Shown: positions 1 to 7,768 of the stretch, piece by piece
How the letters are laid out: every line of letters begins with the position of its first letter
Position numbering within the stretch: the stretch's first letter is position 1
The notes under the pieces: generated by a model
Told to the model about the DNA's origin: nothing
What the model saw: the letters and a program-made list of their open reading frames with translations, nothing else
The model's database searches: none
Translations under genes and position numbers: made by a program
From: a virus
Lineage: Duplodnaviria > Heunggongvirae > Uroviricota > Caudoviricetes
Direction: 5' to 3' (one strand)
IMG/VR virus record: IMGVR_UViG_2703718828_000004
Span: 1 to 39,994 of that record
Length of the DNA: 39,994 nt

Positions 1-201
1 TTACCCATTGGCGCGGCTTAAGAGCTTATTTTTGAATTCACAATGGTCACGATATAACCATCTTGCTCGCCCGTGGATAACTTTGGCTTTTGGCAGGTCG
101 CCGGACTTAATCCGGTCATAGATGAAGGTTTTACCGAAGCCAGTATCGGCCATGATGAATTTCAAATCAACCAGTGAATCAGGTTGTAGTTCGTGTTGCA
201 T
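1..201 (-). CDS. torI: Excisionase / recombination directionality factor, TorI-like (66 aa)
   Basis: Complete 66-aa ORF MQHELQPDSLVDLKFIMADTGFGKTFIYDRIKSGDLPKAKVIHGRARWLYRDHCEFKNKLLSRANG, recalled as the KplE1/CPS-53 excisionase TorI; small winged-helix Xis size. Confidence 0.8.
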   Translation of the reverse strand: MQHELQPDSLVDLKFIMADTGFGKTFIYDRIKSGDLPKAKVIHGRARWLYRDHCEFKNKLLSRANG

Positions 202-220
202 GAGTGCTATCTCCGAATAG

Positions 221-236
221 GGAATCGAACCTGCAA
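221..236. other. 16-bp exact copy of the argW T-arm segment (GGAATCGAACCTGCAA); candidate att core or junction scar
   Basis: Identical to 38926-38941 inside the tRNA-Arg gene; flanks diverge immediately on both sides; lies 20 bp from the torI start. Confidence 0.45.
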
Positions 237-243
237 ATCAGGC

Positions 244-267
244 AATAAAAAAACCGCATTGATGCGG
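244..267 (-). terminator. Rho-independent terminator at the end of the leftward early operon
   Basis: On the - strand: stem CCGCAT/ATGCGG followed by a T-run (plus-strand A-run 247-252). Confidence 0.6.
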
Positions 268-326
268 CGATGGTAGGTCTGGATATCTTGAGAAATGAAC
301 AGGCCTCATCGAGTGTGAGGCTGTGG

Positions 327-671
327 TTAGTCCTTGCGTAGCTCGCTGATTCTTCTGTAAGTCTCTGGTGCTTTGTTCCCGTACGTCTTCATTTCAGACT
401 TCAACAGAGCAACGAGTGAATCCCATTCGTTGAGGATTCCTTTGAATGCCGGAACGCGCTTTGCAACCTTGTCGAATGAATCTCTGATTTCTGGAATCTG
501 CTCAACAAGTGCAACGCATCGTCTGAAATCGGCTGCGTCATGTGGAGCGCCGAAGTGATGACCATAGATATTCTTTTTCAGGCCACATGCGATTGAGGCA
601 AGAGTTGCGCTACTGATGCCGACATCGCCAGTCGATTGCCATTTCAAAACCTTCATAGCCAAATCTGACAT
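327..671 (-). CDS. Hypothetical early protein (114 aa)
   Basis: ORF track 327-698; start set at MSDLAMKVLKWQ (GGAG RBS 7 nt upstream), just after the terminator at 683-705; product unrecognised. Confidence 0.5.
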   Translation of the reverse strand: MSDLAMKVLKWQSTGDVGISSATLASIACGLKKNIYGHHFGAPHDAADFRRCVALVEQIPEIRDSFDKVAKRVPAFKGILNEWDSLVALLKSEMKTYGNKAPETYRRISELRKD

Positions 672-682
672 TTCTTGTCTCC

Positions 683-705
683 AATAAAAAACCGCCATCA
701 GGCGG
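683..705 (-). terminator. Rho-independent terminator inside the leftward operon
   Basis: On the - strand: stem CCGCC/GGCGG then TTTTTTATT; read-through expected under N antitermination. Confidence 0.5.
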
Positions 706-865
706 ATTGGTGTTCTTTCAGTTCTTCAATTCGAATATTGGTTACTTCTGCATGTGCTATCTGCGCCCATATCATCCAGTGGTTATAGCAGTCGTTGATG
801 TCCTCTGCTTCGATAACTCTGTTGAATGGTTCTCCATTCCATTCACCTGTGACTCGGAAGTACAT
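698..865 (-). CDS. Hypothetical small protein (55 aa)
   Basis: ORF MYFRVTGEWNGEPFNRVIEAEDINDCYNHWMIWAQIAHAEVTNIRIEELKEHQSA with RBS GGAGATGA; below the ORF-track size cut-off; an alternative frame exists at 772-957. Confidence 0.35.
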   Translation of the reverse strand: MYFRVTGEWNGEPFNRVIEAEDINDCYNHWMIWAQIAHAEVTNIRIEELKEHQSA

Positions 866-965
866 TTATCATCTCCATAAAACAAAACCCGCCGTAGCGA
901 GTTCAGATAAAAGAAATCCCCGCGAGTGCGAGGATTGTTATTCACCTTTGACGGCAAGTTGCAGG

Positions 966-1685
966 TTAGCCACGGTTAACCTCCTGCGGCGGTTCTGGTA
1001 GCGGCGTCCAGAACAAGGCGTTCCCTAACCACGATAAAGTGCCGTCGCTCAACTCCACGTATTCCCCTTGCACCTGTCCTGCCATATACTCGCCGTGCTT
1101 TGAATAAATTAAAATCCAATCATCTTGAGGGGGCATTCGCTCACTACAGCTTATCCAACCATCCGGAGTTACCGGAGAGTTGCCCGATAGCGCATTGCGC
1201 AATCGCTCCAGCTTCACATATTCCTGAACCCTGTTTCCGTCGCATGCCTGAAGCCATTGCGCAGCCTTTTGCACATCAGTATGAAAGGCACAAGTGCGTC
1301 CGTCATCAAATTGCATTTCGTAGAGATCCGCAACTTGTTCAAACTGCGTTTGTGGCAACTTGTAAGTTTGGCTTACAGGTTGGCTACCCTGAAGCATGGC
1401 GGCGCGGTGACACCAGATAATCCAGCCAAGCGCCATATCCCATGCCATGTATTCTCTATCTCCATTTTTTGCCCTACGGCGATCTACAGATTCCCCGAAA
1501 CGCTTCTCCATAAATAATTCATAGGCTGCTCGTTCATCCGATACTGCTGCCAGTGATGCCAGTGCAATTTTTAATGCGGTAAGCATGTTGTTTTGATCTT
1601 CATCGAGTCCGAACGGTATTTCATCCCGTGCTGACTCAATGCTGGTAATCGTGTTCTGTAACCATTCTTTGGTAAGAGTATTCAT
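966..1685 (-). CDS. DUF551-domain phage protein (239 aa)
   Basis: C-terminal region TPDGWISCSERMPPQDDWILIYSKHGEYMAG...TPLPEPP resembles the DUF551 domain common in lambdoid early-left operons. Confidence 0.6.
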   Translation of the reverse strand: MNTLTKEWLQNTITSIESARDEIPFGLDEDQNNMLTALKIALASLAAVSDERAAYELFMEKRFGESVDRRRAKNGDREYMAWDMALGWIIWCHRAAMLQGSQPVSQTYKLPQTQFEQVADLYEMQFDDGRTCAFHTDVQKAAQWLQACDGNRVQEYVKLERLRNALSGNSPVTPDGWISCSERMPPQDDWILIYSKHGEYMAGQVQGEYVELSDGTLSWLGNALFWTPLPEPPQEVNRG

Positions 1686-1687
1686 AA

Positions 1688-1879
1688 CTATTTCACTTTA
1701 ATCTCAATATTTCGCAGCTTTAGCTCTACTGGCAGGTCTGACTTTCCTGTTAATGCTAATGCGAGATTTTCAGGAGTAATGAGAGCAGTTATTGTTTTCC
1801 CCATTGCCAGACGAATAATCATTCGTATCTCGCGATCGTCACATGCTCCCGGTCGAACAATTGATATTTGTCCGTTCAT
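1688..1879 (-). CDS. Hypothetical protein (63 aa)
   Basis: ORF with strong RBS AAAGGAGAG upstream of MNGQISIV; tightly packed between neighbours. Confidence 0.45.
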   Translation of the reverse strand: MNGQISIVRPGACDDREIRMIIRLAMGKTITALITPENLALALTGKSDLPVELKLRNIEIKVK

Positions 1880-1880
1880 C

Positions 1881-2324
1881 TCACTCTCCTTTGATGCTAA
1901 TGCCAGTAGCGCGGATTGCATCGATGACTTCAGAAACTTTGTATGCCATTACCGTTTGGTAATCATCGTGAAAATCTGTTCGATGAAGCATGCTGCTACG
2001 TTCCGGGAGCAGTATTTCCCGCTCCTCCAGTTCTGCTATGCGCTTTTTTGCTGTTTCCAGCTCGTTCAGCAGTGTTAGCACGGTAGCCGGATTGGCGGCG
2101 GCGATGAATTCAGCATTGGCCTGCTGTTCTATTTGGAAATCTTCATCGAAACCGCTTTCTGGATGCGCTCCTTCAATTCTGCAAATGGGAATATATCCAG
2201 CAACTTCACGATGAATTAGCGCATCATCACCATCAAATCGGCCCTCTCCATATTCGAGCGACCACTCGCCACACGTTGCTTTTTCTGCCTTAGCACGCAG
2301 TTCCTGATAATCAATCTGGCTCAC
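1881..2324 (-). CDS. Ead/Ea22-like protein (147 aa, GTG start)
   Basis: Motif EFIAAANPATVLTLLNELETAKKRIAELEE typical of the Ead/Ea22 family; AGGAGG RBS before the GTG. Confidence 0.55.
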   Translation of the reverse strand: MSQIDYQELRAKAEKATCGEWSLEYGEGRFDGDDALIHREVAGYIPICRIEGAHPESGFDEDFQIEQQANAEFIAAANPATVLTLLNELETAKKRIAELEEREILLPERSSMLHRTDFHDDYQTVMAYKVSEVIDAIRATGISIKGE

Positions 2325-2565
2325 TGGTTGCCTCCTGCTTTTCTGCCTTCAACACCATGCGAGAACCATCATCCAGCTCCCACGCGATCTCACCACCTTC
2401 AGCCATGACCAGTCGCCACACCAATTGAGCAGCCTCATTGGTAACATCACGACCTGGATCATTGCCAACGCGCATACGTCCACCTTCAACATCGCGCATT
2501 TTTGCCAGCATGATAGTTTTTGATAGCGGTGAAAAACCAAGCTGTAGTCGTGCTGAATTACTCAC
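2311..2565 (-). CDS. Hypothetical protein (84 aa, GTG start)
   Basis: AGGAGG RBS 6 nt upstream of the GTG, which overlaps the upstream stop (GTGA); same 17-nt start context as the gene at 2324. Confidence 0.45.
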   Translation of the reverse strand: MSNSARLQLGFSPLSKTIMLAKMRDVEGGRMRVGNDPGRDVTNEAAQLVWRLVMAEGGEIAWELDDGSRMVLKAEKQEATSEPD

Positions 2566-2747
2566 TGGTTGCCTCCTTTGCGCCACATCGCATTCAGATA
2601 TTTGTTGTCATTAACAGAACCGAAACTCTTTCTTTTAAGCAATTCCTCTCTCGATGGCATTGGCTTTACGCGTTGGCGAATAATCATTTCTGCCGGAAGA
2701 ATTCCGGGATTGTATGCAAGTCCTCTCATGGTAAATTCCTCAGTCAT
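2562..2747 (-). CDS. Hypothetical protein (about 61 aa; start uncertain, 2747 or 2762)
   Basis: ORF track 2562-2882; likely start MTEEF overlapping the upstream stop. Confidence 0.35.
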   Translation of the reverse strand: MTEEFTMRGLAYNPGILPAEMIIRQRVKPMPSREELLKRKSFGSVNDNKYLNAMWRKGGNQ

Positions 2748-3036
2748 TACTGATAGCGCCATAGCGTGAGCGGTAATTACGCAGGCGCGGATCGATATAT
2801 TCAGGGAAGTGGGTATATGTGGCTTTGCGGAATGGTCGGATTGATGTCTGGTAAATTCGCTCGCGTTCTTCTTTCTCTGCAAGCCATATACAATGGCGAA
2901 ATTCCTTTTCCTCTTTCGTTTCCTGCGGTAGCGACATTATCAGGTCGTAGTTTTTTCTGAATTTATCCAGCACCTCCGATACGGAATTGCCGGAACAGCG
3001 GCGCGCGTCGTCCGCACCATACAGAGGCGCTGGCAT
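2740..3036 (-). CDS. Hypothetical protein (98 aa)
   Basis: ORF with RBS AGGAGAAAAT before the ATG; product unrecognised. Confidence 0.5.
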   Translation of the reverse strand: MPAPLYGADDARRCSGNSVSEVLDKFRKNYDLIMSLPQETKEEKEFRHCIWLAEKEERERIYQTSIRPFRKATYTHFPEYIDPRLRNYRSRYGAISND

Positions 3037-3049
3037 GATTTTCTCCTGA

Positions 3050-3565
3050 TTAAATTGCGTGAATAGCGTGACGAGGGAAGGGGAGAGTTACTGGCGCAAA
3101 TGGTATATCGTCGTCAAACTCCATAGGTGGTTCGCTGTGATTTCCCTGCTGCTGAGGTTGCTGTCTTTGTTGCTGACCGTTATTTCGCTGAGGTGAAGAC
3201 TGTTCATTGCCTCCTTGCTTGCCACCAAGCATTTGCATGGTTCCACCAACGCCTACGATAACTTCGGTAGTGAACCGATCCTGTCCGCTTTGATCCTGCC
3301 ATTTTCTTGTCCGCAATTTGCCTTCAAGATAAACCTCAGAGCCTTTTCGCAGATACTCGCTGGCAATTTCTGCTAGTTTCCCGCTCATTACCACACGGTG
3401 CCACTCCGTCTGCTCCTTTTGCTCTCCAGTTTGCTTATCACGCCATTGTTCTGACGTAGCAACTGTAAGGTTTGCAAATGCCGTTCCTGATGGTGAATAT
3501 CTGATTTCTGGATCATGCCCAAGGCGACCAATAATGATCACCTTATTTACGCCTCTGCTTGCCAT
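3050..3565 (-). CDS. ssb: Single-stranded DNA-binding protein with a 15-aa extension beyond DDDIPF
   Basis: OB-fold core [16 protein letters not shown]...; Gly/Gln-rich linker; acidic tip MEFDDDIPF, then in-frame [15 protein letters not shown] before the stop. Confidence 0.85.
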   Translation of the reverse strand: MASRGVNKVIIIGRLGHDPEIRYSPSGTAFANLTVATSEQWRDKQTGEQKEQTEWHRVVMSGKLAEIASEYLRKGSEVYLEGKLRTRKWQDQSGQDRFTTEVIVGVGGTMQMLGGKQGGNEQSSPQRNNGQQQRQQPQQQGNHSEPPMEFDDDIPFAPVTLPFPRHAIHAI

Positions 3566-4273
3566 TTATGCCGCCTGTTTTAGTTCGTTAACTCTGATGT
3601 TCATTACCTGAACGCATTTAGCCTGCGCCTCCTCGTTGCCAGCCATTAATTGCCAGTCACGCTGATAACGCTCGATGAGTTTTTTCTTGTCAGTTTCTGT
3701 TGACGCATAATCGCTGAAGTCTTTCAGGATTTGTTCGCAGTCAACCGATGGAGATTTCTGGTTGGTATTTTCTGGTGATGGTTTGTTATCTGATGCTGGG
3801 ATTGCCCATCCCGGCAGCGATGGAGGGAGCCAGTAAAATCCTGTTCCATCCTTCAGTTTTGCCCTGTGCCACCCCTGCTTTTTATCGAGAGATGTTTGTG
3901 CGAAACCTTCCTCAAGGTTATACAGATACCGACCGATTCCCCACTGAACGGCAGCACGCTTCATTGCACCTGAACGACCACCTTTGACGGCTTCTACCTG
4001 CGTGTTTTCAGCAGCATCCCATTTGGTTACCCATTCGGAATCAATCTTTATTGATATGCCGCATTCAACTCCGCCGTTGTTGGGAATATCGCGGTATTCA
4101 TTGCGCCATCCTGCTTTGCCGCAAACATCGTCCAGGCGTTTCATGATTGCCCGGTTCGTGACATAAGCCAGCACCATAGCCCACACCTTGCCATCTCGTG
4201 TTTTACCGCTTTGCTGTATTCGCCATTCGATATCTTCAGGGCTGAATGGCTCATCGAATTTATTCAAATCCAT
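3566..4273 (-). CDS. Rad52/Sak-type single-strand annealing recombinase (235 aa)
   Basis: Motifs RAIMKRLDDVCGKAGW and GGRSGAMKRAAVQWGIGRYLYNL; occupies the lambda bet position. Confidence 0.65.
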   Translation of the reverse strand: MDLNKFDEPFSPEDIEWRIQQSGKTRDGKVWAMVLAYVTNRAIMKRLDDVCGKAGWRNEYRDIPNNGGVECGISIKIDSEWVTKWDAAENTQVEAVKGGRSGAMKRAAVQWGIGRYLYNLEEGFAQTSLDKKQGWHRAKLKDGTGFYWLPPSLPGWAIPASDNKPSPENTNQKSPSVDCEQILKDFSDYASTETDKKKLIERYQRDWQLMAGNEEAQAKCVQVMNIRVNELKQAA

Positions 4274-4281
4274 AATTCACC

Positions 4282-4452
4282 TCAGAATGGACATGGCCCA
4301 AGGAAATAACGCTGATTTAATACTTCAGTCTTTGCCGCATTTAAAAATACGCGAACACCTTCACGATCTCCCTTCTGGCGATACATTAACGCCTGCTGCG
4401 TGTACATGCGTCTCTGTAACTTGCTCTCCTTCACTGTGGTTGCAAGTGACAT
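4282..4452 (-). CDS. Hypothetical small protein (56 aa)
   Basis: ORF MSLATTVKESKLQRRMYTQQ... with strong RBS GAAGGAGATATTC; below the track cut-off; alternative frame 4361-4546. Confidence 0.35.
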   Translation of the reverse strand: MSLATTVKESKLQRRMYTQQALMYRQKGDREGVRVFLNAAKTEVLNQRYFLGPCPF

Positions 4453-4527
4453 GAATATCTCCTTCGTTTCCGATTAATTCTTTCATCTGACGAATGAATT
4501 CTTCGTCTGACCAGTTATCTGTAAAAC

Positions 4528-4680
4528 TCATTTCCTGCGATACCACGGAAGGTTGATAGCTGATTTCATCGCTTTATTTGCTTCAAGCCACATTTTTGAA
4601 TCACCAATAAATCTGGCTATTACTGCTTTGTTTTGTGCCGCACGAAGCATCTGGTGATTAATGGCTATTTCATTGCGCAT
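4528..4680 (-). CDS. kil: Kil-like host-killing protein (50 aa)
   Basis: ORF MRNEIAINHQMLRAAQNKAVIARFIGDSKMW...; resembles lambda Kil from memory; overlaps the cIII 3' end as in lambda; GGAGG RBS. Confidence 0.45.
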   Translation of the reverse strand: MRNEIAINHQMLRAAQNKAVIARFIGDSKMWLEANKAMKSAINLPWYRRK

Positions 4681-4799
4681 AACGCCTCCAGTTGTTTCTT
4701 TGCTGCTCTGATTAATTGTTTAACTCGGCGTGATAATTCAGATTCGTGCGGGTAGAAAGCGGACATGACGCCGCTACCCGCGAGCTGAAAGTGCATCAT
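4665..4799 (-). CDS. cIII: cIII-like protease inhibitor (44 aa)
   Basis: MMHFQLAGSGVMSAFYPHESELSRRVKQLIRAAKKQ weakly resembles lambda CIII; AAGGAG RBS; position between kil and N. Confidence 0.45.
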   Translation of the reverse strand: MMHFQLAGSGVMSAFYPHESELSRRVKQLIRAAKKQLEALCAMK

Positions 4800-4862
4800 G
4801 GGTAACTCCTTATATTTGATTGCATAACGAAAACGCCTCGAGTGAAGCGTTATTGGTATGCA

Positions 4863-4889
4863 TATAAAAAAGCCCTCACACTGGAGGGC
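4863..4889 (-). terminator. Rho-independent terminator between the N-proximal cargo gene and cIII
   Basis: On the - strand: stem GCCCTC/GAGGGC followed by TTTTTT. Confidence 0.55.
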
Positions 4890-5032
4890 AAAGAAGATTT
4901 CCAATAATCAGAACAAGTCGGCTCCTGTTTAGTTACGAGCGACATTGCTCCGTGTATTCACTCGTTGGAATGAATACACAGTGCAGTGTTTATTCTGTTG
5001 TTTATGCCAAAGATAAAGGCCGACTATGCGGC

Positions 5033-5503
5033 CTAGTAGAATACCCAATTTTCTGTTTCTTGGTTGTGTCCAAAGTTATATTCAATATCTGGTGTTGATG
5101 TATCAATATTCTTTATCCCATCAACAAGAGTTGATACAACAGCCAAATCTTGTTTGATTCTCATTAAATGGTATTTCTTCCGGCGCAATAAACTCTCAAT
5201 GGCAAGTTTCTTCGTTGGGAATGCAAAAGATCTTTCTGCATTTTTTGCTACTTTCTTAATTGCATATCTATTTCTCCTTTGTTTCCATTCCTGTAACCAC
5301 TGATTTGGTGCTGGTTTAAAATTAACAATCCAATGCGCAGGAACCAACCATGCATAATGCTCTGTCTGATGAAAAGCTATATATTGAAGTGCGAATATTT
5401 TTATCCCATCTTCTTCAACTGTCGCCTGGAATCTCCAGAAAACAGGCATTCCATCATGTTCAGTTTCTGATTCAGGAAAAGGTACGCTCCATGATTTTGT
5501 CAT
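5033..5503 (-). CDS. Hypothetical AT-rich early protein (156 aa) directly downstream of N
   Basis: RBS GAGGTGAGAT 9 nt after the N stop; clearly lower GC than neighbours; no recognisable motifs. Confidence 0.6.
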   Translation of the reverse strand: MTKSWSVPFPESETEHDGMPVFWRFQATVEEDGIKIFALQYIAFHQTEHYAWLVPAHWIVNFKPAPNQWLQEWKQRRNRYAIKKVAKNAERSFAFPTKKLAIESLLRRKKYHLMRIKQDLAVVSTLVDGIKNIDTSTPDIEYNFGHNQETENWVFY

Positions 5504-5511
5504 ATCTCACC

Positions 5512-5838
5512 TCAAATAAGTGGTTTGCTGCCTAATTTCATTTTCTGGCGACCAACACAAGTTACACCCATTTCACTGCGTGGCTTGCTGTACCATGTGC
5601 GCTGATTCTTGCGCTCAATACGTTGCAGGTTGCTTTCAATTTGTTCGTGGTATTCAGCCAGCACCGTAAGGTCTATCGGATTCAGTGCGCTTTCTACTCG
5701 TGATTTCGGTTTGCGATTCAGCGAGAGAATAGGGCGGTTAACTGGTTTTGCGCTTACCCCAACCAACAGGGGATTTGCTGCTTTCCATTGAGCCTGTTTC
5801 TCTGCGCGACGTTCGCGGCGGCGTGTTTGTGCATCCAT
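5512..5838 (-). CDS. N: Antitermination protein N (lambda-type, 108 aa)
   Basis: MDAQTRRRERRAEKQAQWKAANPLLVGVSAKPVNRPILSLNRKPKSRVESALNPIDLTVLAEY... is near-identical to lambda N from memory, including the Arg-rich motif. Confidence 0.9.
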   Translation of the reverse strand: MDAQTRRRERRAEKQAQWKAANPLLVGVSAKPVNRPILSLNRKPKSRVESALNPIDLTVLAEYHEQIESNLQRIERKNQRTWYSKPRSEMGVTCVGRQKMKLGSKPLI

Positions 5839-6106
5839 CTGGATTCTCCTGTCAGTTAGCTTTGGTGGTGTGGTGGCTGGTAGTCTAGCTCCAGCTTGTT
5901 GAGTCTCATTCGGAGGGGTATAACCGGCACCCCAGCGATTTTTCCATGCGACAACGTGCGCGTTATGGCGGCCTTATCGCCCGCGGCTCCCCATCTCGTC
6001 CACGCTATTGCTAGCGTTGGGAGCGCTTCACCGCTCAACAGTAGGTAAGCACTTGCCAGTGACTAGCTGGCTTCACCACACCCCAAAGCCTTCTGCTTTG
6101 AATGCT

Positions 6107-6138
6107 GCCCTTCTTCAGGGCTTAATTTTTAAGAGCGT
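6107..6138 (-). promoter_or_regulatory. nutL (boxA CGCTCTTA and boxB GCCCTGAAGAAGGGC)
   Basis: Reverse complement of 6107-6138 gives the lambda boxA and boxB sequences in the N leader. Confidence 0.85.
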
Positions 6139-6180
6139 CACCTTCATGGTGGTCAGTGCGTCCTGCTGATGGCTTAAAAT

Positions 6181-6264
6181 ATACCTACAGGTAAAACCCC
6201 TGTCTATACCTGTAGGTAAATAAAATTGATGTGAGAGTTTACCTGCTTGAATTTTCAGGTAATT
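6181..6264. promoter_or_regulatory. OL operator cluster and pL region
   Basis: Two 16-bp palindromes (TACCTACAGGTA, TACCTGTAGGTA) plus TTACCTG-N10-CAGGTAA, matching the OR sites. Confidence 0.7.
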
Positions 6265-6280
6265 AATTTTTTGGATTGAT

Positions 6281-6305
6281 ATAAAAAAGCCCGCTTTGCG
6301 GGCTG
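6281..6305 (-). terminator. Terminator of the cI operon
   Basis: On the - strand: stem AGCCCGC/GCGGGCT followed by TTTTTT. Confidence 0.65.
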
Positions 6306-6315
6306 AAAGGAGATG

Positions 6316-6612
6316 TCAGAAGCTATTTGGATTGCTTGGCCATTGCGGCAATTTTGATTCTACTGGGGTGTGTTTGGGTTTGAGTCCGTTTAAGTAGTCA
6401 AGGCGCTCAATGGCGCATTTATACATAGCAATCTGCTCTGATGACATGTCGTCGTATGACATGCCTTTGAACTTTTTAATTATCGATTCTGCCTCATGTA
6501 TAAGATTCTTCTTCCTCATGAGTTCAGCTGTATGCTTAGAGCTTACAGGAGATAACTTTGCCCATATGAAGCAGATGATTACAACAGCGACTACTATGCC
6601 GGGTATAAACAT
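6316..6612 (-). CDS. Small single-pass membrane protein downstream of cI (98 aa from ATG; track ORF extends to a TTG at 6630)
   Basis: N-terminal hydrophobic helix FIPGIVVAVVIICFIWA; AT-rich; 15 nt downstream of the cI stop; terminator follows. Confidence 0.55.
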   Translation of the reverse strand: MFIPGIVVAVVIICFIWAKLSPVSSKHTAELMRKKNLIHEAESIIKKFKGMSYDDMSSEQIAMYKCAIERLDYLNGLKPKHTPVESKLPQWPSNPNSF

Positions 6613-6626
6613 TTGCTGCTTTATCC

Positions 6627-7313
6627 TCAAACTTTTGGCAGATCGTCCTGGTCTACGTACCTGGTGTGTTTCACAATAGCTGAAACAAAATGCATTTTAT
6701 CAACTTCTTCAACAGGAAGAGTGATTGGGCGGTGATCACTGTTTATGCTACTAAACTGATAATCACCGTCTCTTGTTTTGTTCATGATCTTTATCATGTT
6801 GTGGCCGTCTTTGGTCCTTACAAAGACTTCATCACCTGGATGTACTGGCGTATTTGGTTCAATAACAACATATTCTCCTGACTGAATCCTTGGCCACATG
6901 CTGTCACCCTTAACCTTCAGACCGTAAGCATCTTTATCGCCGCTGTAGATGCTTAACCAACCGGATCTGAATTCAATCATATCCACTGAGCCATCAACTC
7001 CCAAAACGGCTTCACCAATTACCGGAACAAAACCCGCACGAACATTACCCGCAAACTCAAGATGGTCCGTAGCTCCAGCTTTACCATCTGCAAGCATGTC
7101 CATCCATCCGCGTGGGAGATTAAAAGATTTTTCAATTAGTTCCATCATATCGTCAGCAATGCGTTTTTTTCCGCTTTTTCCTTCCGGATACAGCATTCTG
7201 GAAACGTATGATGGTTCCCTTTCTATTCGACGAGCCAACTCTGAGGCCTTTCCATTACAGAATCGGTCTCTTATCTCTATCAGCCTTAGTCGTCTTTGTT
7301 CGTATTTATCCAT
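6627..7313 (-). CDS. cI: CI-type prophage repressor (HTH plus S24 LexA-like peptidase domain, 228 aa)
   Basis: N-terminal HTH; C-terminal S24 motif KVKGDSMWP (Ser nucleophile); divergent from cro across the operator region. Confidence 0.85.
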   Translation of the reverse strand: MDKYEQRRLRLIEIRDRFCNGKASELARRIEREPSYVSRMLYPEGKSGKKRIADDMMELIEKSFNLPRGWMDMLADGKAGATDHLEFAGNVRAGFVPVIGEAVLGVDGSVDMIEFRSGWLSIYSGDKDAYGLKVKGDSMWPRIQSGEYVVIEPNTPVHPGDEVFVRTKDGHNMIKIMNKTRDGDYQFSSINSDHRPITLPVEEVDKMHFVSAIVKHTRYVDQDDLPKV

Positions 7314-7332
7314 GATTTAATTCTATCTTTGA

Positions 7333-7387
7333 TTACCTGCCGGTAAATAACCTATGGGTATTGATTTGCTTTTTACCTACAGGTAAA
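7333..7387. promoter_or_regulatory. OR operators with pRM/pR
   Basis: Palindromes TTACCTGCCGGTAAA (7333-7347) and TTTACCTACAGGTAAA (7372-7387), with a weaker site between. Confidence 0.7.
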
Positions 7388-7421
7388 CTCATCTTATTCA
7401 ACAACGGGAAGGAGATAGCAA

Positions 7422-7652
7422 ATGGAAGAACTCCGCTTGTATCTGAACTCCCTTTCACTGGAAGAGCAGAGAGAATTTGCCACCAAGTGCGGAACTTCTA
7501 TCGGCTATTTGAGGAAAGCACTTAGCCGTAATCATGAATTGGGCGCAGCACTTTGTGTTCTGATTGAGAAGTTCAGCAATGGTGAAGTGACTCGCAAAGA
7601 CCTTCATCCGGTTGATTGGGAAAGCATCTGGCCTGAATTAATGGCCGCTTAA
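7422..7652 (+). CDS. cro: Cro-like small regulator (76 aa)
   Basis: First rightward gene after OR, RBS GGAAGGAGA; assigned by position and size. Confidence 0.55.
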   Translation: MEELRLYLNSLSLEEQREFATKCGTSIGYLRKALSRNHELGAALCVLIEKFSNGEVTRKDLHPVDWESIWPELMAA

Positions 7653-7660
7653 GTTATTAA

Positions 7661-7692
7661 CGCTCTTACACATCCCCGCCCTGAAAAAGGGC
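7661..7692 (+). promoter_or_regulatory. nutR (boxA CGCTCTTA and boxB GCCCTGAAAAAGGGC)
   Basis: Exact lambda-type boxA/boxB directly downstream of cro. Confidence 0.85.
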
Positions 7693-7768
7693 ATTACCAG
7701 AAACAAATCTCTATGGTTTTGCGTTTCTTTGCGAAGCCAACTCTATCTAATCATTAAGGAAATTATCT

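Noticed and set aside
772-957. Track ORF 772-957 (-) as the gene in this interval
   Set aside because: It has no RBS and an implausible composition. A 55-aa ORF in another frame (698-865) with a strong RBS is the more likely coding frame, though that is itself uncertain.
5856-6038. 60-aa ORF on the reverse strand between N and OL
   Set aside because: It lies in the N leader next to nutL, has no RBS and an odd composition. It is most likely a non-coding leader.
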